From the NCBI RefSeq assembly GCF_004010195.1, contig NC_057751.1, forward strand, positions 8,871,611 through 8,935,610: a stretch of 64,000 nt of DNA, written 5' to 3'. The notes under the pieces are model-generated. The model saw only the letters and a program-made list of their open reading frames with translations, was not told the origin of the DNA and made no database searches. Shown one piece after another: positions 1 to 12,696 of this stretch. How positions within the stretch are numbered: position 1 is the stretch's first letter; every line of letters starts with the position of its first letter. The translations under genes were made by a program, and so were the position numbers. The DNA comes from Chiloscyllium plagiosum (lineage: Eukaryota).

Positions 1-187
1 ATCACATTCATTTCCAAATAATTCATGTCATGCATCAGCTGAACCTTCCAAACCATTTGCTATCCTCGAGAAATGGCAACTGCAGACAGATAAATCCACC
101 AGCAAAACTGAAACTCACTTGAATATACCAACATAACATCCATACAAAGTGCAGACAGCAACAAAAGCCAGGGATTTCCGGAAGGTT

Positions 188-204
188 GGGGGGGGGGGGG
201 GGGG
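188..204. repeat. poly-G run (17 nt) in PPP2R2A intron 2
   Basis: Direct read. Confidence 0.9.
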
Positions 205-266
205 TGCAGCAGGAAAGAGAGAGAGAGAATATCTTCGGGAAATATAAATATTTTGCTTTGTTTTAC

Positions 267-344
267 CTTCTGCAACATCGTCATCTATAGCTCCTTTCAC
301 CTGAGAGAAACACCACTGAATGTCATTGCCACCACTTCCAACTC
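267..344 (-). CDS. PPP2R2A: PP2A B55-alpha, coding exon 2 ([G]VGSGGNDIQWCFSQVKGAIDDDVAE)
   Basis: Boundaries are ttcattcag|GAG...GAAG|gtaaaa. NDIQWCFSQVKGA.DDDVAE is the B55 N-terminus. DIQW and DDD fit alpha better than delta (DFQW, DED), and EBF2 is adjacent. The gene runs off the left end of the window. Confidence 0.92.
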
Positions 345-767
345 CTGAATGAATGGAGAGGGGGGAAAAAATTAATAAAATATGCATTGAATTTTTAAAA
401 ATAAAAATTGCACAGACGGTGTGCGGGGGGGGTGGTAAGTGGAAGAAACTGAAAAACCTTTCCAGCTTCACACAGAAGCTGGCTCCTATGTTTTTTTTTA
501 AATCAACAAACTCCAAGAATTATAAATTATTATCTAAACTGTTTAAAGCTTAAAACCCTCCCAGGTGCAACCCTGCCCTTTTTCTTCAGTCTGTGGAGCA
601 ATGAGTTCAACACTCAGAACCATAGGCCTTGAAGGCGGGAGGGAGAGAAAAAAAATAGGCTTTAAATTTGAAAACAAATCCAGAACCAAGGGACTGGCGA
701 GGGCACAGAGAACGCTCAGCCCAGCTTCCGTCCCTCCTGTTTTTTTTTGTCCGGCTTCCATCCTCAC

Positions 768-774
768 CTGCCAT
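768..774 (-). CDS. PPP2R2A: PP2A regulatory subunit B55-alpha, coding exon 1 (ATGGCAG)
   Basis: Minus strand reads tccgccATGGCAG|gtgagg: strong Kozak context, canonical donor, 7-nt first coding exon inside a CpG island, in frame with the next exon. Confidence 0.9.
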
Positions 775-1030
775 GGCGGAACCGGCTGGAAATGGAGGTA
801 GCCGGCGTTAGCGCGGTGCCCAAGGATGTGGCCGAAGCTGCAGGCGAACAGGCCGGGCTGCACTAAGCTGAGGATGGCGGCGGATTGGCTTCGGATTGCG
901 CTGCTGTACCCTCCCCCGCTCTCCGAGCCCTTCAAAATGGCGACGCGCCCGCCCCGGCCATCTTCCAATGACGTCACCACATCGGGACGGGAGGGGAAGC
1001 AGAGCCGGAGCAAAGGGGGCGGGGCCACAG
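775..1030 (-). promoter_or_regulatory. PPP2R2A CpG-island 5'UTR/promoter
   Basis: CpG-dense. Perfect CRE TGACGTCA at 969-976 abutting CCAAT at 965-969, YY1-like CAAAATGGCG at 933-942, GC box GGGGCGGGGC at about 1016-1025. Confidence 0.75.
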
Positions 1031-1079
1031 TCAGCAGCTCTCAAACTCTGCAAACACTCCCCACTGTCTGCATGAAATC

Positions 1080-1220
1080 GGGATGTGGAGGTGCCTGTGC
1101 TGGACTGGGGTGGTCACAAGTTAAAAATCACACAACACCAGGTTCTCGTCCATCAGGTTTATTTGGAAGCTTCCAACTAAACCTGTTGGACTATAACCTG
1201 GTACTGTGTGATTTCTAACT
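1080..1220. mobile_element. Fold-back mini-element, family C (putative PLE-derived)
   Basis: Imperfect inverted repeat 1119-1220 centred on GGAAGCTTCC, unpaired tail 1080-1118, 12-bp TSD CTGCATGAAATC at 1068-1079 and 1219-1230. Confidence 0.8.
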
Positions 1221-1611
1221 GCATGAAATCAAGCATTCCAACATGGGCAGCAATCATTTTACAACTGGCTTCTGAAATCGTTCTGACAAGGTATCTAACT
1301 GGCATTCCATCCCATTGAGTTCGTTGCTGGCTGTCCATCCGGTAAGGCTTATAGTTAAAACTTTTCACCTTTCCTCATCTACAGGTCCATGATCTCTGTG
1401 AGCTCCTCTGAACTTATCGCCTTCTGCAATGTTTGCACTCTCATGCTGAACTCTTACACATCCCTAATTTTAATGACTCTCGCACCAGCTGCCGTGTTTT
1501 CAGTTGCCTAAGCCAAAACTCTGTCATGTCTTCCCGAAACCCCCTTTCCCGCAGACAAACTCTCCACAATACCGACCTCTTCAATCGAGCTTTTGTCATT
1601 TGAACAAATGA

Positions 1612-2080
1612 CAATGTCTGGATCAGTGGTGCTGGAAGAGCACAGCAATTCAGGCAGCATCCGACGAGCAGCAAAATCGACGTTTCGGGCAAAAGCCCTT
1701 CATCAGGAATAAAGGCAGAGAGCCTGAAGTATGGAGAGATAAGCTAGCGGAGGGTGAGGGTGGGGAGAAAGTAGCATAGAGTACAATAGGTTGAAGTAAT
1801 CTGGAGTCTGTACTGTTTGTCCTGTTCGGTCCGAACTCTGCTGGTTTAAAGGTGGTCCGGAGTCCGAGTGGGATGAGTTGGTTACGGAGGTATGCGCTGA
1901 GGAAGCAAATGTGGCTGTGATAGCGGGTTTGTTCACGACATGGTTGAAGAGCTTCAGGGCAGAGGAGATGACCTGGGAGTTGCAGTGGGAGAGGGACTTT
2001 GAGATTTTTGTAGAGAGAGGAGGAAAACTTCTTCAAGGCAGGCATCCTTGCAAGAGGATTCGCAGTAGGGTTAAAATTCA
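1612..2080 (-). mobile_element. Internally deleted Penelope-like element (5' ORF remnant fused to 3' end with hammerhead core)
   Basis: Remnant HSHICFLSAYLRNQLIPLGLR resembles PLE N-termini. The 3' end matches the family-A hairpin arms and contains CTGATGAAGGGCTTTTGCCCGAAACGTC (1706-1679). Confidence 0.7.
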
Positions 2081-2204
2081 AGGCAGATGTCTGCTGAGCT
2101 GATGCACAATTTTGGTTGACCACGCTCCATTACGACCTGACGTTGCTCGAAAAGTGTATTATACATGCAAGTTATTGTCTATGTTTAATGAGCTTTGAGT
2201 GTTT

Positions 2205-2560
2205 CACAACAACTTGCATTGGTATGACATCTCTTGAAATGTATATCAAGAACTTAATGTAAATGACAGCCAGTTTGTGCACAGCAACCAACCACAAATT
2301 AGCAAATAATCTGTTTTTATAATGTTGGTTGAGCGATCAATGTTACTCACGATACTTGGAAGATCATCCTTTTTCTTCTTCAATGTATGGTCCTGAGATA
2401 TCTTATGTCAAGCTGATTGGGGATTGTGTATGTCAGTTTGTCATTGTACCCAAAGGACAGAACTCCACTGTACTGCCCCAGAGTTTGAACCTACATTTTT
2501 ATCCTCAATTCTGAAACACTCAGAAGTGAAGGTGCAATCCAGTGAACCATAGTTGACACA
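2205..2560 (-). mobile_element. Old DeuSINE-like (SacSINE1/AmnSINE-type) copy
   Basis: Degenerate match to a recalled shark Deu-domain SINE consensus, with tail caacaacttgcatt and head remnant near 2515-2560. Confidence 0.5.
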
Positions 2561-3161
2561 TTATGGTGGATGACATTTGGACATCCTATGAAAGGTATGG
2601 CTCTCCCCTCAACTCTTCATACAGAAACACAATCAGTGGGATGAAAATTTGGAATTTACAACTGACCATCCTTTAAGAATCGAAGTCAAACATTATGCAG
2701 CAGGAGACTTTTCAACTTAAGAGGGCTTCACTATTGATGATGGCACATGATTCTAACAAAACATACATTGTGAGGGGCAGCAGCCACCATGGCTGCCACT
2801 TGTATAATTCAACCCAAATGTCATTATTAACATTCTCACTTACAAAGATTGTTGATTTAAGTTCAATTGTATCCAGGTTGGCACTACAGGATGAAGAGTG
2901 TGCTGAAAGTCTCATGTTTTGGGTGAGATATTTAGCGGAGGTCCAATCTGCCTATTAGATACATGTAGAATATCCAACGGCATATTTGAAGATGATCAGG
3001 ACTTTTCCTCCTGTTTTTTCATCAATCAGTTGGTTACGTTATGACACTCCTTCAGACAGGAGAGATCTGAACCAGGGCCATTTGGACCAAAGGTAGGAAC
3101 ACTGTGCCAGTGAATCACAAGAGTCCCTTTTACTCCAGAGACCTGGATAATCATCAACCAC

Positions 3162-3380
3162 TAAGATACTAAGGGGCAACTTTTTCACGCAAAAGGTGGT
3201 GCGTGTTTGGAATGAGCTCCCAGAAGAAGTGGTGGAGAATGGTACAATTGCAACATTTAAAAATTTAGAGAGATGCACACCAAGTACTGGCAAATGGGAA
3301 TAGATTAAGATATCTGGTCAGCCTGGGCAAGTTGGACTGAAGCGTTTGTTTTGTTGCTGTACATCTCTATGACTCTATGA
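3162..3380 (+). mobile_element. CR1 LINE 3' end
   Basis: GGGCAACTTTTTCACGCA...GTGGTGCGTGTTTGGAATGAGCT and a (CTCTATGA)n-type tail, same as the other CR1 copies. Confidence 0.85.
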
Positions 3381-4560
3381 AATTGAAAAGCTTAAGTTTT
3401 AGAGGATACTTAGGTTAAAAAAAACCTAACAAAATGAAAAAAAAATTATTTCTACTGGTGCGGAGATGTACTCATTTTTAGAAGTTAGTGAAACTATTTG
3501 GTGTAGTCAAGAAATTCATTAGTTTCAGCTGGAGTCAGTTATGACTGTGGTAATCAATTTAATTCTCATTTGGAGACAAAGGAGAGATCAGGAGAAACAA
3601 AGAGATGTGAGGTTATGAAACAACTGGTTGCAGGAAGAAGCAGCATAAACTCTTAAAGTGCCTGAAAGACAAAGTGGATAAATACAGTATTTAACTGAGA
3701 AGAAGGTACAATGCTTTGGAGGCAGGGCAGGTTAGGTTTCTCTTACTGCTGTAAACATGTTGGGCTAAATGGCCCTTTTCCATACTGAATACTTCTTTGA
3801 TTGTGAGTCAAGGCAAGAATGGCAAAACGGTTTTCTCTCTCAACTTCATAGTGCCTGCAGTGAGCAATCTAAGAGATGTAATTGTTCAGTTGAAATGTTT
3901 AAACAAAGGCTCTACTCTTGATTTGACTTGCACTTTCTGCAAGCATAAAAAAATCCTATCCCACATTATTCATTTCAACTTTGGAAAATAATCCTCTACC
4001 AAGAAAAAAAAGAAACTCCTATTACTATGGTCCAATCACATTTTTCTTGTAAGTCATCATAGTTCTAATACAGATGAGGTCTTCAACATGAAAAGATCCA
4101 TTTTCTTCAGGGTGGTAATCTTGTCAAGAAAGAATTGTCGCTGAATGATCACTCACCACAAAAATGCAGCAGCCTCACTTTTTCGTATATTTGAAGCGGG
4201 TTAAACCCATCTTCTTACAGGTTGCGAATGACAGAAGAGAGATGGCATCTGAAGATGAGAGGGTGGAAGAGAACATTGCCTCCAATTGGCAGGGGAGGCT
4301 AGAAAGTCCTCCTGGTCAGTACCAATGGAAGAAGAATAAGTCATGACAGGATAAAGTTCAATGACAACAACTTCCCAACTCCTGGAAATAACCTTGGGAT
4401 CCTGGGAACAGCATCCCAACGTGAGGCATTATATTCAAAACAGGAATGAAGAATAAATGTCAGGGACAAAAACAAACATCTCAAAGACAGCACAGCATAT
4501 AAAGAGACAACATCCTCAGGACAATGAAAAATTCCTATAATTCAAGCCCTATGATTACTT

Positions 4561-4877
4561 GGGGCAGCACAGTGGCTCAGTGGTTAGCACTGCTGCCTTT
4601 CAGGGCCAGAGGCCTGGGTTCAATTCTGTGTGGAGTTTGCCTATTCTCTCCGTCTGCGTGGATTCCTCCCAAGATCCAATGATGTGCAGGTTAAGTGGAC
4701 TGGCCATGCGAAATTGCCTGTAGTATCAACAGATGGACAGGCTAGGTGGATTAGCCGTGGTAAATGCAGGGTTTATGGGAACTGGATGGGTCTGGACAGG
4801 ATTCCACTTCAGAGGACCGGTGTGGACTCAATGGGTCGAATAACCTGCTTCCTTACTGTAGGGATTCTGCAATTCTC
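4561..4877 (+). mobile_element. HE1-like V-SINE
   Basis: tRNA-like head with A box TGGCTCAGTGG and B box GGTTCAATTC, V-domain GTGTGGAGTTTGC, CR1-like 3' end. Confidence 0.85.
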
Positions 4878-6539
4878 ACTTTCGTGACATCAACCATAGC
4901 CGTCAAGTGAGATTGTCTCCATTTGTTCTGCCCATCAGGTTAGGTTGCTTCATACCCACAAAATGTTCCATGTATGCTCATTTATATCCTGATTGCATTC
5001 CTAAGTTAATTAGAAGGAGTGTCAGATACAGCAAGACTGAACAATATCCTCATAGATTGTAGTTAGTAGGAAAATAAGAGACTCTGACGTACAATCTGTA
5101 AAATAATATTCTGATCTGACAGTCACATAAGTCCTTTGAATTACGGAGGTAGGGTCTGCCATTGCACTTAGGTTGACCTGAATCCCATCAGTCTCCAATT
5201 CATTCCTTCTGCTCCGTTTCTTCTTGACTGTGTCTCGTGATGAGTCGCAATTGAATGAGGGCAGAGAGTGGATTCTGAGCAATCTGCTGATTTAGGAACA
5301 TTCTCAATGGAATCGCGAAATTGAGAAGTACTGATTGTTTTTTGTAAAACTCTGAACGAATCAAATAAATGGACGGCACTAGTCACGGTCCTTTGAGCCT
5401 CTCACACCTCTCAGATAAGACGCCTGCACTCAAGTCTTTCCTACTCCACAGCTGTACAATAAAATCCATTAACCGGTTGATTAGAAAATATTTAAACCAC
5501 AGTCAACTCATTCACCTTTCCTAAAACAGCAGAACCAGGAGACCCAGCTCGCACTGAAACAAAGAATTTAACACCACTCCAAGCAAGGAGTGTCTCAGTG
5601 AGCAAAAGGTGTCTGTATAGAATAGGATCACAGAAAATAATGGTAATAGTCATTAATGATTGATTCCCTTGCAGGTTTGATGGATTTCTTTTCCAAAATA
5701 ATATTTTGGGAAATTATTATATGTGCAATTTGAAATGTGACGAGTGGCAAGTATGGCAAGCTTATACAGAAAAGATTACTGTGGACTGATATTTCCCAAA
5801 GGTCTCCAATGGGGCTTTTCTTTGCCTTATTCCTGGGCCTATTCGGATTAATTGATAGAGATTGATTGTCCATTGAGCCAGCAACTCCATTAACCTTGTA
5901 CCCAACACAATCATGAATGGCCTTGGTATGTGTTCACCTTGGCATTGTTCTGATCCAGCTTCAGCAATGCTTTTGCCCATCTTGAAGGTCTTGTTTGGTA
6001 TTTTATTTTAGATTCCTACTTTGATTTTACAAGACTTCTGCAAATAATCCAAAAATAATCAGACACGTAGAATACATAACTAACTCAGTGGAGGAAGATC
6101 ACAAAAAGTTTTGATTGAAAAAAAAACAGGACATCAAAAACAATGTCTGATAATGCTCTAACTTGCCCCCCAAAGTAGTTGGTAAGGATAAAAGAGATTA
6201 AATTTTCAGGATCAAATAGTCTAATCTTGTGCTGCGTTGTGGTACTGAAAATACCCAGAATGGCCATTCAAAATAATGGATGGTGCACGACATGACACAT
6301 ATATCATTTCAGCAGGCTTAAATATTGATCACAATTTCTTTACAAATAAACAGAAATATAGAAACCAAAGCAATATGAAAGAGTATAACATGAAAGAGTC
6401 CTGGAATTGGCCAATTCAGGTAGTCATTTCATAAAACTGTAGTCTTGCAGAGAAAAAAAAGCTACTTTGGATAAACAGGTGAACTTTCTTAAGCACACAT
6501 TTTGCAAGTTGAGATACTGCACACAAGGCATCAGCAACA

Positions 6540-6754
6540 GGAGAAAGTGAGGACTACAGCTGCTGGAGATCAGAGTTGAGAGTGTGATGCTGGAAAAGCA
6601 CAGCAGGTCAGGCAGCATCTGAGGAGCAGGAGAGTCGACATTTCGGGCCGCAGAATGCACCATTCCCCCTGATGAACAGTTTATGCCCGAAACTTTGATT
6701 CTCCTGCTCCTCGGATGCTGCCTGACCTGCTGTGCTTCTCCAGCACCACACTCT
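6540..6754. mobile_element. Fold-back mini-element, family A (PLE 3'-end derived)
   Basis: Inverted arms, 36-nt tail 6540-6575, 16-bp TSD CAAGGCATCAGCAACA at 6524-6539 and 6755-6770, degenerate CTGATGA...CCCGAAAC. Confidence 0.85.
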
Positions 6755-7541
6755 CAAGGCATCAGCAACACTTGTTTGTAAAATGTGGGTACCTTTGCCA
6801 GGACAAAAGCCCTCCTTTCATACAAATCAGTTTCTTCTGAAGCACAAGAGGAATGTCACGAGTTTTGAGACACCAACAGCTGAAGACACACAGGCTTCCC
6901 TCTCAGCTTTCCATTCACAGCAGAAACCTGATCTCTGTCCACTCTAACATTTCAGACTTGTTATTCCAACTACCAAAAGGACGACTGAGCTAAATTATTT
7001 TGAAAAAGCATCCTTTATTCTTCTCTCTCACTGTGTTCCAATTCCTCTTTTAAAACTGAAGGATTCTCCAATTGAGGTGGCTTTGAGTATCTCAGGCCAA
7101 AATACTTAATGTTGCCTGCAGATGGACTTTCCGAAATTGTTACATTGACTTTCTGTAATACATTCCCCATAAAAATGTTTCCAAATTAGCATCAGAATTC
7201 ATACAAATGGAACAACGTGGAAGAACTACACTATCAGTCATCATCAATTTTTACTTGATTGTGACTGAGATCTCCTTGCTGGCTCCTGTTTGTTTGCTAC
7301 TCAGTTCAATTGTATCACATCCGAAGCCCAAGTGGGCCAATCCAAAATGTCCTCCAATCTGCTGCAGTGAAAGTTTGTCTTCCACTCTCACCTGGGCCAC
7401 ACCATGCATCTTGCACATGCAGCCTGAGTCATGTTCAAGCCCTACCTCACTTGAAACAAACAGAGAACACTGTGGGACAGACAATTTGCTTCACAATCAT
7501 ATCTGGACATTTTCAGTTTGACAAGGTGAAATTTCAAATGA

Positions 7542-7757
7542 GTTTAGGTCATAGTGGTGCTGGAAAAGCACAGCAGGTCAGCCAGCATCCGAGGAGCAGG
7601 AAAATCGACGTTTCGGGCAAAAGCCCACCATCATTTTTCCTGAGGAAGGGCTTTTGCCTGAAAAGTCGATTTTCCTGCTCCTCGGATGCTGTGCTTTTCC
7701 AGCACCACTCTCATCTAAACTCTGGTTTCCAGCATCTGCAGTCCTCACTTTTGCCTA
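7542..7757. mobile_element. Fold-back mini-element, family A
   Basis: Inverted arms, 35-nt tail 7723-7757, 14-bp TSD GAAATTTCAAATGA at 7528-7541 and 7758-7771. Confidence 0.85.
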
Positions 7758-8084
7758 GAAATTTCAAATGATACAGGACAGAAAGTTGGCAATGGGAGAA
7801 CTGATTAACAAAGACTGTTGTTTAACTTCATCATGCAAAGAGGTACAAATAGTTCCTTGTCTTCATCTGTCAATGAAAGTTCCCACCAATGTTTTCACAG
7901 AAAGACTTGGTTGGCAGGGCAAAGCGAGTGTACTCCAACAACAAAATGGGATTGAAATAGTAGATTCAAGATGCTGATGATGCCTTTGACGAGATCTGGT
8001 ACATCCAGTGGCCAAAGGGGCTGGCTGAAACAACTGGGACCTCTACATTCAGAATACCACGAAATTAAGGAGCTTAATGACTCC

Positions 8085-8885
8085 TGTCGAAGTGATGTCA
8101 TTCTTCATCTGTAAGGATACTAGTGATAGTGGGTCATGTCTTTTGGTGCTCACGTATCTTGGGTCTGAAAATGAGGTGAATTGTTTGTTTGGGTTTGTTG
8201 CTGAGAAATTGGAGGACTGTGTTCTCAGCAACAAACCCAAACAAGCAGACAAAACACATCCAGAAACCCTAGCCACCCTTCCCTACATCAATACATCTCA
8301 GAAATGATTGCCAAACTACTCAGACCTCTTGGTATCATGGTAGCTCACAAACCCACGAACACACTAATACAGCAGCTCACGAACGTGAAAGATCCTATAC
8401 AGATAACAAGCAAAACTAAGCTAACATCATTTCCAAAATACCATACAAAAGCTGTAACAATCAGTTGGACAAACAGGCAGAAAACTAGCCATCAAGATAA
8501 AAGAACATCAACTAGCCACAAAAAGACATGACCCACTTTCACTACTATCCTTACATACAGATGAGGAAGGACACCACTTCGACTGGGGCGACATCCGAGG
8601 ACAAGCCAAACAGAGACACGCACAAAAATTCTGAGAAGTATGGCATTCCAACTGGAACTCTAACAACCAACACATTGACTTGGACCCCATTGACCAATCT
8701 CTGAGAAAAAGGACAGGAAATGATGTCACCACGGGAAATGATGTCACCGACCCAAGGGAACCTCAACATAAAAATAGAAAGCAGGTCACTAAGACCAGTG
8801 CTTCACTGGAGGCTCACTCCAGCTCAGCGAGCAAACTTACATCCAGAACCTCAACCTGAGCTATAAATCTTCTCAAAACTCACTA
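8085..8885 (+). mobile_element. Penelope-like element 3' fragment (family B) with inverted 5' pieces
   Basis: Decayed GIY-YIG-type region (GGACAAACAGGCAGAAAACTAGCC = GQTGRKLA). About 8087-8147 is an inverted copy of about 8517-8584. The end CAGCTCAGCGAGCAAAC...CTTCTCAAAACT matches the 46569 hairpin. Confidence 0.75.
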
Positions 8886-11800
8886 AGTTCACATCACATT
8901 CAGCAAATCTCGGTCATTTTTTGCGAATGTCAATAAATATGAATTCAGTTTAAAACAAACAACAGCATCTTTCTGACATGAAACTTGTCATTATGCGTTC
9001 GTGCATATCGTTTACCTGAGTTTTACTGGATTATGTCAATACTTAAATTGGGATTCACTCCTCTGACCACTCAGTGGGTGAGCAGACCTGGAATGTGCGG
9101 CGTCCATTCAAAAGTGACAGCAGTTCTTTAGAACAATACCCTTAACCTTTGTACTTGCTAACTTCTATCTACTCCTAGTTCAGGTGCAACTCAATTTTAA
9201 AACTTCTTTCCTTATTTTTAAATCCCTCATAGTCTCATCTCTGGAATCACCTCTTTGTCACCTTTTGATCATTCTTGGTTTTAGTCACCGTTGCTCTGGC
9301 CCTAACCTCCCAAAGACTCTCTGCCTCTCTACCCTTCATTCATGTTCTTTTTATGTGGGGTGGTATCAGATTGTGTTTGAAAGTTGCAAAGTTTTTACAT
9401 ATTTGAATAAAGACAGAAATAGACACACACACGCACTTTGATGTGTCCATGTGGAGTGATGCTAAAGTCATATGAGTTTCCCTGTGCAAAGGAAGGGGAA
9501 TAGCAATGAGAGTGGAAAATCAATGATCATTTCATGATCCAACTACTTCTGCAAAAGTGAGTGAATATTAAAAGGAAACTGAACACTGATTCTTAGGGAC
9601 AGATTGTTCACCAAAGATCAGTTTGGTCGACACTCATGTCGGAACAGTAGACATGATACATATGTGTCTATGAACCGAAGAGGACAAAGCAGAAGAGAAA
9701 AATACAAAGCATAAGTTTCCAAGACAGTTGAAGAACAACGGTTTGGAGATCATCTTTCTTAGAACAGGAAAGCATGATAAATCACAAAACACAAGACTTC
9801 AGATTCTGTTCAGCAAAATATTGTTTTGTCTCTCAAGTTGACTTGCATTTCCTGTTTTCCCTCTCTCATAGCCTTCATTGGTGCAACCTACACAGGTGAA
9901 GACCGAGGAAAAAATTGAAAGAGGAGGTTAGCATCAGCCAACTCACCCTTAAAAAGACACATCGTTGTTTCTGCTTTAACAAACGAATTTCCTCAACAAG
10001 ATCCCATAAACCTTGCCAATAAAAATGGCACATCAACCAGCCCTTCACCTGAGCAGTGTTCTTCTGGGACAGCAAGGTTGCTGGATATGTTGCCAGACTC
10101 AAAACAAGTCTTTTTCACTTCAATTACATATTTCACCGTATGTACAGCAGAGACCTAATCAACAGAACTCCGTTCCAAACCAATCTCCTCTCACTCTTTA
10201 TGCGTCCACATTAATATATTCTGTTCCTTTCTCCATCATGTATTCAGCTGACTTGTCCTTAAATGCACCTTTACACATTCATTTCACTCTGGGTTTTTTT
10301 TTCTCTCGAAGTACATAGTGAATGTATTTGGGACTCCCTTCTATTTAAAACTCTGAGTGCTGGTCTTGATTGCAAATGGAAATATCTTCATAGAAGCATG
10401 TCAAACCTACTCATAACCCTGCTTCTTCTGTTTTATGAAGCAAAGAACCCAAGCCTAAACTGGATTTCCTTATGGATATCACTTCTTATATATGATTCAT
10501 TGTTTGCCTGTAGTCTAATCTGACTTCTGATGAGTTGGTAACTGTAGTATGATTCAGAACAGAGTTTCAACTCACAGTTTCCATCATTGCAAGTTAGTGA
10601 AAGCCCTGATCAGCTAAAATTCCTATCCTTCCTCCCAAACAAAAACTTCCGTGTATCCACTTAATCTGAATCACCTATAAGCCACCCAATACCTCCCTAC
10701 CGTACAGTGAAATAGCCTGTCAATAGTCAATGTCTTGACTCACACGTGAAGAACAGCCACGTACTGGAAGATGCTGTTCGAACTGCACTCGAGCAAGAAT
10801 CCATACCTTCAGAAAAGGAGAGAAGACATTTGAAGGTAATTACATTACACACATTTATATAAAGTCAGACAATAAATATTTTCTTTGAAGCATGTTGCAT
10901 GGTCACACCTGATGTATAAGTAAAATGAACCTCTTTACCTTATGCCAAACCCATTTACAGAAAATCCCTCCAGATAGGCATCACTAATCCATACTTATGT
11001 TATGGATGCTTTGGAATATTGCCTGCATGCTGAATTAGCATAAAAGGATAAAACCGTTCACTGTTCAACAGGTTTACAGCAGGACAAGGAGGCTTATCAA
11101 ATGTCAGCCTCTGTTGATGGGCTAATTTGAATTTAGCTGTTGAACGAAGGAAAAGAAAGAGAAAAAAAACTGATGGATTGGAAGAGTCAGGATAGATATT
11201 GGTATGAAATTGAACAAGAAAGTCATCATCTGCAGCATTCCTCTGCTCTGTTCTGGATCTAGGTCTATCCTTTGTGCATTAGTCCATGTGTTTGGGAAGA
11301 TGGACACATTGTGGTAATCCAGAGACACAGGTTAATGTACTGAGAAGATGAGTTCAAATTCCACCATGTAGAACTCAAATTCAAGAAATAAATCAGGAAG
11401 TGAAAGTTTGTTTCAGTACTGACAAGGTGATCATCGATTGCCATTAAAGCCTTTCTGGAAGGAAATCTGCCCTTCACACTTGAACTGAATGATTCTAAAT
11501 CACATGATTCTAAAACCACCAAAATATGATTTGTTCTTAACTAACCTCAGAATGGTCTATCAAACCACACAGTTCAAGTGTCAATCGGATATGTAACAAA
11601 TGCTAGCCTTTCATTCATTTATCCAAATCTCTTCAAAGAATACATAAATAAAAAGCCCATCTGCAACACAACAAGACTCGGAAGTCAGCCTGCAGTCCAA
11701 ATCAAGCAAATCATGTGCAATGTTGTGCCCCTTTCATGGAGAATCATTGCCACAAGGCAGCAGGGTGAACTGCTGGACCATGAATAGGTTAACATTAACA

Positions 11801-12148
11801 TCCAAATTGTTCCTAAAATTTCACTGGGTTCTGCAATGTGTCTCACACAAGGACCTCAAGGTACAAAGGCAAAAACTAGGCAGTCAATGATTGCTCAACT
11901 CTTCATAATTCCTTGCCTCCCTGACCAAACCAGGCAGAGAGTTGCAAATCTGAGTTTGCATCAAGTGTGAACCCGGCACAGTACAAACCCAGAGTGAGGA
12001 TCAGCAGGTCAGCAGAGTGACAAAACCCATGCGTATGACATTGGCGTTTACAATGCAATTCAGTGGAACATAATGCAGACCTTAAGGAAAAAGAAAATAT
12101 CTTATGAGGCGAAGATTGGTTCAATGCTTAAAGGTAACTTATTCCTAC

Positions 12149-12154
12149 TTTATT
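12149..12154 (-). terminator. Candidate TMEM230 polyadenylation signal AATAAA
   Basis: TTTATT on the plus strand about 545 nt past the stop codon. Cleavage site not verifiable from sequence. Confidence 0.45.
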
Positions 12155-12696
12155 GGATATTTATGACATTCCAAGGAAACACCTGTGTTCGAAGTACCCT
12201 GTCCCATTTACTTGAAACAAATGAATAAAAGTCTGGCTCAACAGTTTCAATAGATTTTACTGATGTTGGAGAAACAATGTAGTATCTTCTTGCTAACGGT
12301 CATACTGATGGGGTGAGATTTCAGATTCTTGGGCTGGTGCCCCATGTTGCAGTGCTGATGCTGCACAAACTTAATTCTAGTTGGGAGCCTGCCTGCTCCA
12401 GCAGAAACTCACCAGTCCATGATCACCATATTGGTAACAATTTTTCTGGATGAAGGAACAACTTGGAAAACCCATTAAAAACTGAGATTTTGAAGTATTG
12501 ACAGTCAAAGTCTCAAATATAGATATGATTAGCAGGAGAATGAACCTGGCCCTTGTAAACCACATTATTGTTACACAGCTGGAATTCCATTTGGTGCAGT
12601 TGAGCCATTAGGAAAGAGTGCTGTCAAATACTATTCATTACAAACAGCCTTGGAGCAGACTGCATACATCTGTTAGTCAAAGGAAGAGAACAGTGT

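Noticed and set aside
115-516. 133-aa ORF as a whole protein
   Set aside because: Only 267-344 is the real PPP2R2A exon; the rest is intron read-through.
543-1218. Overlapping ORFs across the PPP2R2A promoter
   Set aside because: Stop-poor GC-rich island sequence with no recognisable protein.
4561-4630. tRNA genes at SINE heads (also 23263, 24640, 31546)
   Set aside because: They continue into the V-domain and a LINE-like tail; these are SINEs, not tRNAs.
5022-6267. Minus-strand ORFs as exons of a further gene
   Set aside because: Stops follow candidate acceptors in all frames checked, and no homology was recognised.
6540-7757. Hairpins as pre-miRNAs or DNA-transposon MITEs
   Set aside because: Dispersed multi-copy elements with asymmetric arms, long variable TSDs and homology to PLE 3' ends.
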